Source of the DNA: Bugula neritina
Taxonomy: Eukaryota > Animalia > Bryozoa
Direction: 5' to 3'
DNA length: 64,000 nt
NCBI GenBank assembly: GCA_964035545.1
Contig: OZ037769.1
Coordinates: 7,421,929 to 7,485,928, forward strand
Shown: one piece after another, positions 1 to 14,900 of the stretch
Layout: each line of letters begins with the position of its first letter
Numbering within the stretch: position 1 is the stretch's first letter
Made by a program: the position numbers and the translations under genes
The notes under the pieces: generated by a model
Database searches by the model: none
What the model was told of the DNA's origin: nothing
The model's input: the letters and a program-made list of their open reading frames with translations, nothing else

Positions 1-2266
1 AAGTTACAAAATGCTAACTCCTTCAATAAAGCTGACTTTAGTAGCAGGGAAGTTGCTAGTTTAGAGCCTTGCTCTAAACACAGACAAAATTTTATAAACT
101 CAAATGAGGCAAAAATCTGCTCTTCCTGCAATTGACAGGCTTAGTTAGACGGCTTGTATGCCAGTTAATCTAGACACTTCTTAATTAGACTTGAATAGTG
201 TCAACTCTCTAGCAACCTGATCAGTCGAAACCCTCGAGTTTCTTTCAATTCAATCAAGCATCCACTGAAGCCAGCAAAGTGATGGCTTATGCAACTGTCA
301 GCTAAAGCTGGTTTATTACCAAAACTTTTAATATTGCAAATATTTTGTGTCTAAAACTTTTCTGATTGTAAACTAATTGGAGGGAAACTGTTGACAGCAG
401 CCAGTGATATATAAAGAATATTGCTACATTAATGTTTTCACCTAGCTACCAAGACTGGCTTTGCTACTGTGTTGTTCTGTACACTTCTTCTATATCAGAG
501 TCATTTTGCAAGAATTGAATTTTGTGAAGTGCCACATTGCATAAATAAACGTAAGCAATTTGCATTTTATTGTATATAATAAAAAATACAGGATGTTGCA
601 TCTAGCAGTTGTTTCATTGCTATGTGATGATTAGTGTAAATCTAGGCATATATCTAACTGCATGGAGTATTATTGTGATACAAAGTAACAACAAATGTTG
701 GATTTATGTCCCCACAACACCAATTCACTAGGCCACTATCCGCAACAGTTCCAGACCTACCTTGTATAGCAGTCTCTATGCTTAGAATATAGATATACAT
801 ATTGTCATTCAGTAGTGCTAGCATATAGTCTGTTGAGGGAGTAGCTGTTTTATCAATATAAAATTATGTTAATTTTATATTCTGTACAAGCCAGCTGCAT
901 TTTTTATAACTATTTGGTTTTGTTCAAAGCACCAAACTCTGCACAGGTCTCTGATAAATTCAAATTCCAAATAATATAATCACTAGAAAATGCTTTAGGA
1001 CATTGGGTAATACACGCTTAGCAAGCCTATGCTCCAACTGTTAACTTTTATCAGTTAGAAAGACATGACAATAATAGCTGATGTAAGTTGTCTTTCCTTA
1101 CATAGTGTAATTTGACAATTCTATCACTTGCAGGGTGGTGACAGCCAGCACACCATATGATTAAAGAGATTCATAGCGTAGCTGTCACTGCAGCATTTCT
1201 CAGTAACTAGATAATCACAAAATGCTTCCAAGTTTATTCCCCCCTCCCCGCTACAATTTTTCTACCAAATTTATTGAAATGCTAACCATTTAATGTCAAA
1301 GAAATAAAATTCTATAGCAATTTTACATAACCACCATGCTCTGAAACTTTTACTAGTCTGTTTTTTTAGGTCATACTTTCATAGTAGACACAACTCTTAG
1401 TTAAAAATTGAGTAGTTGTGACATGTGCAAAGGGAATATTATTCATATTCTAACAAGCTTCAAGCTTGAAAAATTTTAAAAACATGTAAAATATCTTAAT
1501 TTTTCATTGATTTCAGATGAAATTAATCAGTTTTCCAGATTTGCTGAAGGTATATTTCTTGTATTGATAGACATTTACGTTGAGTATGATATGTATTGAT
1601 GTATTTTATATACCATAGCTGGACAAAGATGATGATTGTAAAGTACTAATAGCTGCTGAAGAAGATGACCTTGACTTCTATGGCACAGCACATATGCCTG
1701 ACTAGACACTCCACACTGAATTGCTCCTCGCCACTATGGACTATACTCTATAGAGATTTGCAATTTTAGTAGAAGCATACTATATTTGTTTCATAAATTT
1801 AAAAACATGGTATGTTTGACATGTGCACCAATTTATTGTAGCTAATTGCCTTCCACTATCTGCATTAATTCCATATATTTAAGTAGGATTACTACTAGAA
1901 TACTGGGAAATAATACTTTTATATACTTGGGTTTCTAGTGATTTCTTGTTAATAGTTTCAAGACTCAACTTTCACAAAATATGTAACAGAACGATTTAGA
2001 CAATAGCTGGATCTAGTCATTGTCCATGGCAGATGTTAGACAGAATGATATTATCTATTTTTTCAATATTTTTGTTGCTTTATTAATTTTCCACACTTGT
2101 GGTAATGTTGAACCCTGTGGCATATTGGCATATATATTCCAATCATTAGACAAGCCTATACATTTCATATTGCTCAGACATTTAGTGTTCATTTTTATTA
2201 CTTTGTTGATTTGACAATACAACATATTCTACCTACAGTCTTTTCTTAATGGCAAAAATACAACAC

Positions 2267-3575
2267 GTTTGTTTGTTTGTTTTTATTTTGTCGTAGTCGG
2301 GAAAAAATTAATTGAGAAAAAATAAACAAAATGACAGGGCCTATGGCGCAATAGCACTGTAGCTAGTCGAGGCACCGAGCCATGAATGGTTGACAGTTAT
2401 ACAAGATTTTTGTTTAGGTTTTTGGAAAGTTTTTTAGCAACTCAAAGAGTATTATTTTTTTATCTGGAAATTTGCCATTAGGTGGTCTCTCAGGGCTAGT
2501 TTAAAACCAGCCTCCCTCTCCACAGCACGAATAGAACTAGGCAATTTATTCCATAGCGACGAACATTGGAATTCCACTCTTCGTTGACCTGCAGCAGTTG
2601 ATGATGGAGGAGTTTGTAGGCTGAACTCTGAAAATCTTGTGGGATAGTTATGTGTGAGATGTGTTAGTTGAGAATAGTAAAGTTTATGTGAGAGCAGTAT
2701 TAGTTTGAATTTGTGTAGAGTGTGAATAGGCATGATTGAAGAACTAAGAAACAGTGGTTTAGATGCGGAAAGGTGATTCTTTTTATATATAATTCTCAGT
2801 ATTTTCTTTTGTAGTAAATGTAATGGTTCAAGGTAAATGTTTGCTGCATTACCCCACGATTCTAGGCAATATGTTAATTTAGAATTTACAAAAGAGTTAT
2901 ATATTTGTATTAGAATTTTTTTAGGTAGGTGATGGGAACATTTACTTATCAAGCCTACTAAGGGCCTTAGGTTTTGACAAAGTTTGCTGCAATGTTGTTG
3001 CCAAGAAAGATGTGAATCTATTATAATACCTAAGAAGGTGGTTGATTTTACCTCCACTAATTTTTTGTTGAACATTTCTAAGGCAAAGCCATTTAAATCT
3101 TGTTTATTTTGCGCTGTTTTGATTATCATATAGTTTGTTTTACTCATGTTTACAGTTAATTTATTTTTATTGCACCAAGTTTCAATTTTCTTTAATTCAC
3201 AGTTTATGATGCCCATATTGTTTAATAGATTTTTTGATTTAAAGAAGAGGTTCGTATCTCGGCAAATAATATAGGGTCTAAATGCATAGTTACATCTGGA
3301 AGATCATTTATATAAATTAGGAATAGTGTGGGACCAAGTATGGATCCTTGTGGTACTCCACATGTGATATGAATAAAGTCAGAATATGTGTTGTTAATAA
3401 TAGTAGACTGTTGACGATTGGACAGATAATTTTTAATTAGCTTCACACTGTGACTTGAAAAGTGGAGCATTTTTAATTTAGCTAATAAGATTTCATGATT
3501 TATTGTGTCAAAGGCCTTACTAAAATCGAGGAAAATTCCAGCTACAGAATTACCATTGTTCATGGCATGGCATGG
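2267..3575 (-). mobile_element. 5'-truncated non-LTR retrotransposon (CR1/L2 group, possibly Crack/Daphne-like): RT C-terminal half, 3' UTR and (CAAA)n tail; inactivated
   Basis: ORFs 3222-3584 and 2452-3216 carry RT motifs [38 protein letters not shown][DD]TNLF, WCNKNKLTVNMSKT and FLGIIIDSHLSW. A 1-nt deletion near 3258-3260 separates the two frames. The 3' end on - reads AATAAAAACAAACAAACAAAC (2267-2287). No endonuclease domain or ORF1 is present. Confidence 0.93.
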
Positions 3576-4907
3576 GGTATCCAAGATGATGATTTTAAAT
3601 GCAAGTTTGTTAGTTGAATCATGTTCTCATATGATGAATGAAATTGGCTGCGCTTCAATTTTGAAGGTCAAACAAAAACAAAAGTTGCAAAGTGACAAAT
3701 TTAGCCAAACTACAAAAATGGGTATAATTATAGCAACCTCACATTTAGAAGGGTCAATAGAGAGATATATTGAACCATACAAATAATATAAAGCTATTTA
3801 GTGAAACACAAAAGATGTCAACTATTAAAAGATTCATTTCTTGGTACAGTGTCTAGCACAAATTGCACCTAACAACTTGATTTTCACTGATGCGTGTACA
3901 AGTGTCCCCGTGTAAAATTATTTTATGGGACATGTAAAGGCAGAGTTGCTAATTGCAATAGTAACAAATAGAAAACAGTCATTACACATTAAAAACAATT
4001 TTATTAACTAAATATTGAGACTACGAATATAAAAATTTAATAAATTTACAAAAATATTTACAATAAAATGTACATCTAGGTTTGAGCTTTAAAGTATCGG
4101 GTCATGCACATGGGGGAAGAAATCCGAATTTGTCTCGAGGGTGAGTGTCATGTTCACAGGTTATTGGACTAAGCTTTATGGGAATGTTTATAAAGATCAA
4201 TGTTATTGGTTAAAAGAATATTACAATGTTAACAGGACACAAGCCACTGCACAGTCAGGTGACAAAAAAAAGTACAAAACAAAAACTAACAAAACAAAGC
4301 TTTTTTAAAGTTGGTAAAAATCAAATTTTCACAAAGTTATTTAATTACAAATGGTTTAAGTTTGCACTGTTCAAATGAAATTTTCTAAGCATTATATAAG
4401 TTTACTATCATTTTGAATTTCCAAAAGTTGAATCTTTTTCAAAATCAGCTATTATCACCATCTTGTAAGTTGATCGAGTGTGAAATTTTACCACTAAACT
4501 GCTTATTGCTCTGAAAGGAGTATAATGTGTTTGCTTAATTAATTTTTAAGTACCAAGAATAAAATTGCAAACATGTCTTTATGCAAGTTCATGGTAAATG
4601 TGACTAGAAGACTATCTGATTGAGAAATAGAAACTCAAACCTAAGCATCGATAACAACATTTAATCCTGCAGCACCTGTAGAAACTTCTCCAAACACGTC
4701 AGTTACTTTTAAAGAATGTTCATTAGTCAAAATCACATTCAAATGTCATTCGAGATTTTAACTGATTTGCTATCGATATGCAGGAATGAAAACGATGCTT
4801 ATTGCACACAACTGCACATCTGACACTCAGTTCAAGTCAGGTCCACTCAGGCAAGTAATCAAATAACAACGAAATGGCCGACATGCATTTATGCTTTGAA
4901 AGTATAA

Positions 4908-7900
4908 TCATAAGATTGTACACACTTTGGTTTTAATACTTTTCTTTTTGCTAGAATATCCATCGATGGTGCTGGGACTCACAGTTGAAGCACTGGTATC
5001 TCGACTAGAGTGAGTAGTCGAGTCGTCTGCTATGTAGGGATACTTCTGTTTCTGTAGCTTGTGGAGCATTATTCTGTAGATACCTGTGACATTACTTCTC
5101 ACCCCCTTGTCCTTACACTCCTTGATGACTTTACTCGTCACCCCGAGTTCGTTCAAACATTTTATTGTCTGCTGCTCATCAGTGCCGGATGAGTGCAAAG
5201 CATGATGTGCCATCAGTTCAAAGCTATGCAACGGTTTGGGGAATTCTTGGCCCTCTAGCCAATCACTTCGCTCTAAACTATGCAGCGTCAATCTCTCTTT
5301 TGGAGAACGTTTCAATAGATTTCTAATTATAAATTGACAATTGTCTGATACAAATGAAGGTATAGTGAAAGTTCCATCGATGATGCACTTTTTTAGTTTG
5401 CCCACGGTGTCGGCTCTGAAGGGCATGATCCCTGTGACCATGAAGTACAGCAGGATTCCCAGAGCCCAAATATCTACATAACGACCTTCGTAGTGTTCAT
5501 CTTTAAACAACTCAGGAGCCGCATAAGGAGGAGATCCACAATAAGTGCTCAACTGTTCACCAACTTGAGAACATTTAGAGAACCCAAAATCTCCTACTTT
5601 AATCCTTTTACCACTATAGAAGATATTTTCTGCCTTCAAGTCTCTGTGTATGATGTTTCGATCATGCTGTAAAAGTAAAAGTACAAGTATGAAGCATTAG
5701 TTGCAGTCTAATATATTTATTCAGAATTATTGACTAAAGTAAAAAACAGCAATAATTTTACTTAGAGTAACATAATTATTTATAACTAGTTCTGTTTCCT
5801 CAACTATCACAAGTATCTTCAACAGTGATTCTCTTTTCTGAGCCAGTAAATGACAACAAAAGCACATGCTCTTTTAATAGGCTGTGTCTATAGTTCAGCA
5901 GCATATAACCAATCACACTGCACCTACCATGTGACTAACAGCCGAGACAATTTGGCTGAAATTGTTTCTACACTCTGCTTCTTGCAGCTTCCCAAAAGTA
6001 GTAATTTTGGAGAAGAGCTCTCCATTGGGAGCATACTCCAGAACGATGTGGATCTTAGCTAACGTCTCGTGAACCTACCAATAGATGAGAAAGATGGTGA
6101 GATTACATAAAATGATCATGTATACAGGTAATCTGTAACAGGTAAACTCTTTACAGGTTAGTCGTAGTAGGCCTGAATGCCACCAAGATAGAATTAGGTT
6201 CTTGTTTTATTTTTAGTTAATCATGTGAATCAAAGTATCTATAAAGGTTAGTCTTCTATGACCAACTTTTATGATCAACTTTAAACCTTGTTCCTATGTA
6301 TCAAATGTAATTAACTAACAGAATAAATGGCCAACTAACTCATCAAACGAGTGAAAAGCCTGTGGCCTTTTCAATCTTAGCAGCCACTATTTACTACTAC
6401 AATTGATAAAAAACAGAAGCAAGGACAACCATTTACTTCCCTGACTCTTTAAGCTCTGCTAAACTCATATTGAATCAATTGAAACTGACAACAAATATGC
6501 ATATTTTATTTGTTGTTAAAAACTATAGATGAATAAAATGTGAAACTTGCTAATCTGAGAACTAGTAACAACTATTGATTGTTTTTATCAACTGAACAAT
6601 TTGATATAGCCTGTAATTTCATTCAGTTGTATGATGTATTAGTATATGACGTTACACACAATATATTCATACTAACTAATTACTTGGACTAAGCACAAAG
6701 GTTTAGTTTTTTAAGTTTTAGTTATCAATGATGTACTATAGTAAGGCAAGTCTCACTCCGTCACTTCTAATATTGTTTTGTCTTTTTTCCTGTGTAGTTT
6801 TTATGTATATTTTTCTCTACTGTATTTTATCTAAACTCTAAAGGGTCAGTTTTGCTTTACTTTTCTCTCACTTGTTATATCACTTTATTAGACATTGCTA
6901 TAGTATTCAAGGTATGATCTGTTAATATTCTGCTGAATGTTTCATAACAACTGGATTTAACTTCTCAAAGCTTGTGAATAATATTATATATCCAAGCACC
7001 TCAGCTAACAGTCTATTTGCAGAATAAATTACATCACAGAGTATTATATAAATATATAACTCACTAGAAATCCATAAACACTGTTAATATACGCCAAGCT
7101 ACGTTGATATTAAAATCTCATCATTAAAAATCAATACTTTTATATCCCACCAAACATCTAATTTAAGCACACAGACAGCCACTAACAGATATTGAGAGAG
7201 AATATGCTGTTACGAACTACTACAATGGTTTAGCTAGCAGCGTTTCATGGAAGGATCTAATCCCTTGACAAACCTAATAGATAATTCCTCTCTCACCTCA
7301 TAAAGTCTTATTATGTTGGGATGTTTGACATAATCCATACTCTTTATTTCTCTCGAAAGTAATTTCTGTGTCTTTTCATCCATCTTAGTTTTATCCAGTA
7401 TTTTTATAGCCACACGCTCTAAAAATGAGGTGAAATCTAAGGCTATATAGTAGGAAAGTTTAAGTTGTTACAAGGTATATTATAATCATATTATAATAAT
7501 GGTCAGCTATCCCCAGAGGGACCAGTGTACAATGCAGTACAAAGAAACATTGAACTTCCTTTAATGTTTAGTTGAACAAGCAACACACTTCCTACTGAGT
7601 GTAGCATATGCTACAAGGTTCATATTTCATAAAAACTTGTAGCTGGGAAATAAAAATTATCAATTCCCAGCATCTGAAATTATAAATTACTTGTTTGGTT
7701 TAATATTTCAATTATATTTTCTGAAATTACTATTATACTAGTGATTTGTAATTCAAATAAAATATGCTCTGATAGGTCATGCAAATGTTAATCCCAAATT
7801 TTACTCAAGATTATTATGACAGCAAGATGAAAGCTTGGACAGATAAAATAATGATCCAATATTCAGTAACTAACCAAAAGGTCTAACCAACTCTGGAATT

Positions 7901-8918
7901 TTGCTAAATTGTAGTTTGCAACTGTGGAAGGAAGTGGTTAAACTGATCCCTTAGTTACTATCTAATTTATATTTGCTAGAAGATGCTTTAGAGTTTAGTA
8001 GAAAATATAAATTAAAATCTCTAAGAATATATTTACAAAAAAACTTATTGGTTTATACAGCAGCTAACAAAAACCAATACGATCATCTTTTATAAATCAA
8101 CAGCTGAGTAGCTTTTAATAATATCATCAACTTCAAGATAAAAATATGTATTTAAAGTAAAGTCTTTGAACTTAAAACTTCAATTAATTTAAAGGAACTG
8201 AATGGCTACTGCTTACAGCAAGAGAAACAGTGATTATAGTCATCATTATATTATGTACATACATGCTACTAACATTACGGTCCTAGTAAGGAACTTCAAC
8301 ATACTCAAGTCTGAACATTAAAAATCAACAAAACTATTAAGAAAGGATTACCTCTAGTCAGGGAGTTGACCGCCATCTTAACTTGCGAGAAGTTTCCAGT
8401 ACCTAAATCTCCTCGAATACGATAGAACCCAACTCGCTTGTTTAATGTGGCTTCTTTTAGATATCTTTGATCATTGTCTGAAAAAAGCACATTATTTGTT
8501 ATTTATTTGCATTATTATATTGATTTGTTTATATTCTCCCATAACTAAAGTGGTATCTCAGCATATTAGATACCAGCATACCATCTACAAATATTATAAC
8601 AGGTCACAGAAAAGCGGTAGTTCATATTACTATTCAGCTGCTTAACAGGAAGACAAACAAATTCAAAAACCTTGTACGTAATATATTATTGACATGGCAT
8701 AAACTCAACTGTTCAGTCTAACTGTGTGGCTCAGTCACTCACAGTTATTTAGAGTCAGTCACTTACAGCCAGAGTTAGTAACTGATTGAGTTAGTCACAT
8801 TAGTAATATAAAACCATGACTCACTTAGCAGATAGACAAGCTGCTCGTAGGGGGTCTTGTTGTCCAGATTAGGGTCATTCTCGTCCCCCACAACGCTCAG
8901 TCTGTGCTGCAGAGTCAT
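4908..8918 (-). CDS. NIM1K: Serine/threonine kinase NIM1 (AMPK-related family), 5 coding exons, 415 aa
   Basis: Exons 8918-8825, 8477-8352, 7418-7297, 6074-5928 and 5666-4908 are all GT-AG and phase-compatible (1248 nt). Spliced protein includes [77 protein letters not shown] and ends KVCTIL*, matching NIM1K as I recall it. In-frame TGA/TAA lie upstream of the ATG. Confidence 0.95.
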
Positions 8919-11900
8919 GCTGCCTCTATCACCCAGTCCCCAGCAGCCACTAGCTCAGGTGAAGACACATTATCAACTGTAATAACAATCACCACTATAC
9001 AATATTGATAATCAATAATGCCAATTAAAACTTGTCAAAATGAGGTTAGAAGCAATGACTGCATGAAAAATCAGGTAACAATAACAGGTGATGTATTTGG
9101 ACCCCTTCCAATGTAGCTATTTTGGCAGAGACAACTATACACCATGTGTAACACAATAGGCCTGTACTTTGTTCTGTAGCCTGACATGTGATGATATATC
9201 TACCAGTGCTTTTCTCAAAAATGTTATGCATTCCGTGCAACCAATATAACATATTCATTGCTGATGATATTTATTTTATTTGCAAGTGTTTGAGAACTCA
9301 CCCCTGGTGTAGTTCTCATAAGTTATAATATAGCATCTGATCTATTGCACTGTCCCAATAGTGTATTTACGAGCAGTAGTGAAGAAATTGAGATAGCCCG
9401 AGTTCTTTAATTTTATTATTAAATTTTGGTTTTGCTACATTTTCATCTAGAACACAGGCCTTTCTCAATTTCTCCACTACTGCACCTACCTCCACTAGTG
9501 AATCCAAATACAACTAACATATTTTTGACTATTACTTTGCTGGTTAAAAATTCAATTTAAATACATGCAAACTATAATAATATACTAGCCAACCTCAAGA
9601 TGCTGATGTGTAGTGAATGAAACATGCCTGTTGGACCATTAACTGTTCATTAGCCCTAAATATGAGTTATTTATACTACTTTATCAATTATATATATTGA
9701 TAACACATGAGTGCAACTAAATATAAGACATCTTTATAGTATGATCAAATAATCATTGCCTAGCCCCTACTGTTTACTTATAGTATTTATGAACCCCACA
9801 CCCAGTGGCTTCAGATTATCTTAGAATAAGCTACACCGCGTCTCATTCAATGGGGTTACATCAGGACTAAAAGTGGAAGACAGACCTTTACAGCTCAAAA
9901 CTGGATCAGTTAGAGTTGCTAGGATGTTATACTGAACTGGAGTTGCTAAACTTCCTATTCAACAGGTTCCACCAACTTTTTTAGAATGATGATTTATATA
10001 TTGCTGAATATAAATCATAAAATAGTGATTAATTACATTATTAGGATTATTGGTAGAAGAGCTACTGCTGGGTAACAGGAACTGTAGACATTAGTACTTT
10101 GCTGGGACCAGAAAAGAAGCCACAGATCGATTGATGTTATACTAAATACCCATTTGCACTCATCATCTTTAAAGAGAAAAGTCAATATTTATAAAGGGCC
10201 AGGGGCTACTTATGCAATCATTGTGAGCTAACAGATGCCTTAATGTTTTAGACTTTAGAATATTCGTTACTCGAACAACCATACAACTATAATATAACCA
10301 TAGATAAATCAAAATATATTGGAAATTTTTCTAATATATCTCATACCTAGTGGTTAATTTACAAAAAAATGTGCTGTAAAGAGACGACTAGTATTGGAAG
10401 AATTGTTCAAATATACCAAGAGAGAAAATCAGATGACAAAGTTTCTAACTTTTGCAAAGTACAATCAGAAGTGTATACAATCTAAACTCAATCAAATTGT
10501 ATTCAATACTTTATTCCCTTCTATTAACTCATTCCTTTTGCCTATCATCTATTGTACTTGACTTATTTAGCATGTCTTGGGGAAAAAAGGAAGAATTTTG
10601 CTATGTCTGAAGGTTTACCTGGTAGCTTACTAATAACCAGGTAGTTATGGTGGTACTAATTTGCTCATTAGGTAGAAGCTAGACCTATAAGGGTTGGCTT
10701 ACAGTAATAAGTACTTTAAAGAGTTCGGTAGGATAATAATAGTCTGAGAAGCGTACTATTGCTACCTCCAGCTAATGCTGAAATATGGCCTGCAGGAGTT
10801 ACACTAACTAGAAACATCGCTGCACCATAAAAATACCATACACTCTTTTCAAAGTCGATCATTTATAACTAAGCTTCATATTGCAGTATGGATGATAGAA
10901 AAATAATTTCAAGGTGTGTCATAACGATTATTGCGTTCATTATATCATAATTATTAACTCAAATCAAGTACTTACCTACGATGTATGCAGGCTAGACTAT
11001 ATAATGCTATACTGATAGTCTAGCTCAAAGGTTCACAAACTAATGACAGCATGTCATCCTATGTTTATCTTTGACTATAGAGTCAGCGAGCAGCTGTATA
11101 AATCAATGAGCTGCTTTGTGCTGTGTCAGGGTTGAGGGTAACTTCATACAAAGTAATATTTACAGTTATATAATATAATAGAATACACAGTACTATCTTT
11201 CTGTACTCTGGTGTATAATGCCCTGTGTTACCTTGTTCACAAACAAACCAACCATGTTGACATCTCTTAGCAATAAGAATACCAAATACGTACCACTTAT
11301 TGATATTCTGGGAAATATAATACCACCCACACTCCATACACTTGTAAGTGAAGTGTAACTGCCTTTAAATGGACCTTGTTAAAATACAAATCTAGGTGGT
11401 AGTTTTTTAAAAACATTTTGAAAAAAAAACCTTTCACGAGTAAAGGCTGCTTGACATTGGAAAGCCTATAGCAGTCAATTTCAATACTTGCTACTCTATG
11501 TAATAGTAAGCAGTAGAGTTTGTGTGGTATAACAGTTGCAGAAAGATTCAACTCATTTCATGTGAACTGATGCAACTGAGCCAGCCTCAACTGTGTCCCC
11601 ACAATCAAGATAAAAAACCAACTTTCCTGTAAATGTTACACGAATTATCATGTTGTAAATTACATGCCATTAACTAACATTAAATTATTAGAAACACCAC
11701 AACTTTGCTTTGTGCTCCCATATTAAAAGCAAATTAAATGAAGTAATGATGGGCGAAAGAGTAACAAAGAGGTGTAATTATTTAGAATTCAATTTTCAAC
11801 CCTTGAGCTTTGAAATTAGACTAATAATGCATGAACATATTCAGATGTATTAGTTTATAATGAGTCTATAGAAAATATGGTTATATGATTTTAACATTCT

Positions 11901-14900
11901 TCCTCCATTAGCATGATGAGCTATATCAAAATGCACCATATACATTCCTCTAAACTATGCCTTTCAATACAATATAATGCCTATTAGATTACAGAATAGA
12001 TTAGGCTAGAGATGAAATACTCTAAGAAGCTACACATATAATGCACTGATTATAACTTCCATGAAAACTAACAATAAGTATCACTGCACCAATGAACTGG
12101 GGTTTTAAGTTTCTCAAGCATTATTTTTCTAAAACTTCTTTTCAACTACTTAGCCTATGTCTAGTACCTGAACAAAGTTAGGTTCATTAACCTTAGCAGC
12201 CGAATAGTGAAGTAATATCAACTTGATAGCAGCTGACTATTGCATCATCATTCTTTGCACAAAAAGCTGGTAACTAAAGGGAATGCCATTAGCTTATGCA
12301 GAGCTGTTCATGATATCTTAGACTGAGTGTCAGAGTTGCTTTCAGCAAACTTATACACCAAATATTTTACAGTTCTAACTTGATCCTAGTGTCAATGTCA
12401 CTAAATAAATCAACTGTAATAGCCCATTACAATTAACATGTTGAATAATAATATAATATATATTATAATGAAATATACATATATTTTGGCAACAATAGTT
12501 GGTCACAGTGACAATGAGTAGATCGGAAAGGTACTCAAAAGTCTATTCCTGTTAACAAATAGGTTATTGTGATTCAACTTGGTTTAGACAGCCATTTGAC
12601 AGTCTGTTGTAAAGCTTCATGATGATGGATTAGCTCAAAGTAATCATCACCCAGTGTGGGCTGGTTATATTGAGATGAATCATACCAGCTAGATGGAGTT
12701 GCCCTCTCACAGAATAGATGACCTTCTTGAACTCTGTCAAATGTTGTTATATAAACACGACCTCCATGTGAACCACAGAATCACACCAAGTACTAATTAG
12801 AACCCTTTTTTACCATTCTAGATATATTTATATAAAGATTGTTTAAAGCAGCACGGAGTTGGTGGTCACTGAGTGCATTGGTTGGGGTTTTGGAGTTCGG
12901 ACACATATGTATAAACAGATACTGTACCCTCAACCCGATGCTGCTATTAGTGATATTCTAATTATACAGCTACCTAAGTGTTGCACCACATTGCTGGTAA
13001 AATGACAGGTATTAGCTGTAGTAACACCAATGTGCACATATAATGTTTAGGTGCAATGCTTCAGGAAATGACCTAACATCTCCTGTTGACCAGTAGCTCA
13101 GTGACCTTGTAGGTAGATTATATGCCCAGGTTGTTGCCAGGTTTTCTAGGTAACAGCTAATCTTAGTAGTCCAAGTGACTGTATTTAGCCTATTGACCCA
13201 GCAATTAACTGTCAACTGTAACTGTACCATTAGCCATGTGGTGTTTAGTAAATTATTTTGTACAACTAACTAATACAGCATGCTATAAATATTCTTCTCA
13301 GTAACTTTCTGGAGACTCTAATTTGAACTATACCACTACACTCTTTCAATAAAGACCAAACACCAATAACCACAAATTATGTAATAGTTTATCTCCATTT
13401 TACTAACACTCTAAAAACCAGCAACCATTTTGTGTATGATTTAATATACATACTAAAATTGCAACTTTGTACAATTATATCTCTAGGGAGTCTATTTTAA
13501 AAAGTTACAACCATGTCCATGTTGGTTAGGGTACCTGCCGTTGCTGTGCCACACATGAAAGGATCAGAAATGAAAAAATGTTTTCATTGATTCTATATTC
13601 AGTATATTGGAGGATCATAGCAATGCTTTGGCAGCTGCACATTGTACCTAAGTTACTGCCATAGCCCTGCCCTCATTGCGTGGGTTGTATACTGTGTTAT
13701 CTCAATACATTGAACTTCTATTTATGGATGGCTTCTAAAGCTGGTTGCATAGCAAAATTTGCAAAATTAAAATTGCTGCATAAAAACGAGTTGCTGATTT
13801 AAACAAGTAATTCACTTACTCAAAATATAACATACTATAAACATAGCTTACATAAACATTCTTACCAGAGATAGAGAGGATCAATTTAAATATTTTACCA
13901 TATTTTTTCTTTTATAATATTTTTCTACATTACCTTCATCTATCCAATTCTATGTATACTGTATAGTGCACACACCTAGTTTAGTACAACCGACTTTACA
14001 GCTAAAGTCATGAACTACAGTTTACACAGTTGAGCAAATAGACTTACCATTTTCTGTTTCAAATAAGCCAAGTTTAAGGACTTACATTTAGCTGGGTAGT
14101 AGAAGAATTTTAACTTGAGCCGAAATTGTAGTGGAATCTATTAGTTAGCTGCTAGGAAGTACAATCTTCAAAGCATCTATCAGTACTGTAATATGGAACC
14201 GCGTTACTAGCTTTATCTACTCGCACATTTACACGCTTGGATACCCTGCAAGGATAATCAGAATGCAGACTGAATGGTACGGGCACCTCACGTCTACGTG
14301 CCTATAATAGCTCTGCTACGTACTTAACAAATATATGTGGGTTAGCCCAAGTAGTAAACAAACAAGTGTTGCGTTACCACCACCACCACCAGATGGTCAC
14401 CGGAAGGGAAATTTAGCAATACCTATAAAAATAGCTTAAAGCCATCAGAGAAAATTAGGACTTTACATATTTTTAACAGCAACACAATATACTAAAGGAA
14501 ACCCATAATATAATAATGTAATTTAATATAGTGTATAACATATTATAGGGCATAACATAATACCACATAGTGTATAACATAGTATAATACTATATATTAT
14601 AATACTACACAGTGTATAACATAGTATAGTGCAATATAATATAGTGTAACATAATATATTGTAATGCAAAAGAACACTTGTAAAATATTTATTTAGCTAT
14701 TGATCTCAATCTGGAGCTTTTATATTGGTACTAGACTATTTTTAGATAAATATAATGTCTATTTGATTTGCATAAATATATCGAATTACATTTTCCTATA
14801 CACCGTACTTGCTACCTATCATGGCTGTTTTATTATTATAATGCTGTTGTGTTGTAATTTAAAAATATAAGCTGAATCGCTATAATTGTTACACATGACT

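Noticed and set aside
1-135. Open frame from the window edge ending ICSSCN*
   Set aside because: Only 44 codons, no recognisable motif, and the start lies outside the window.
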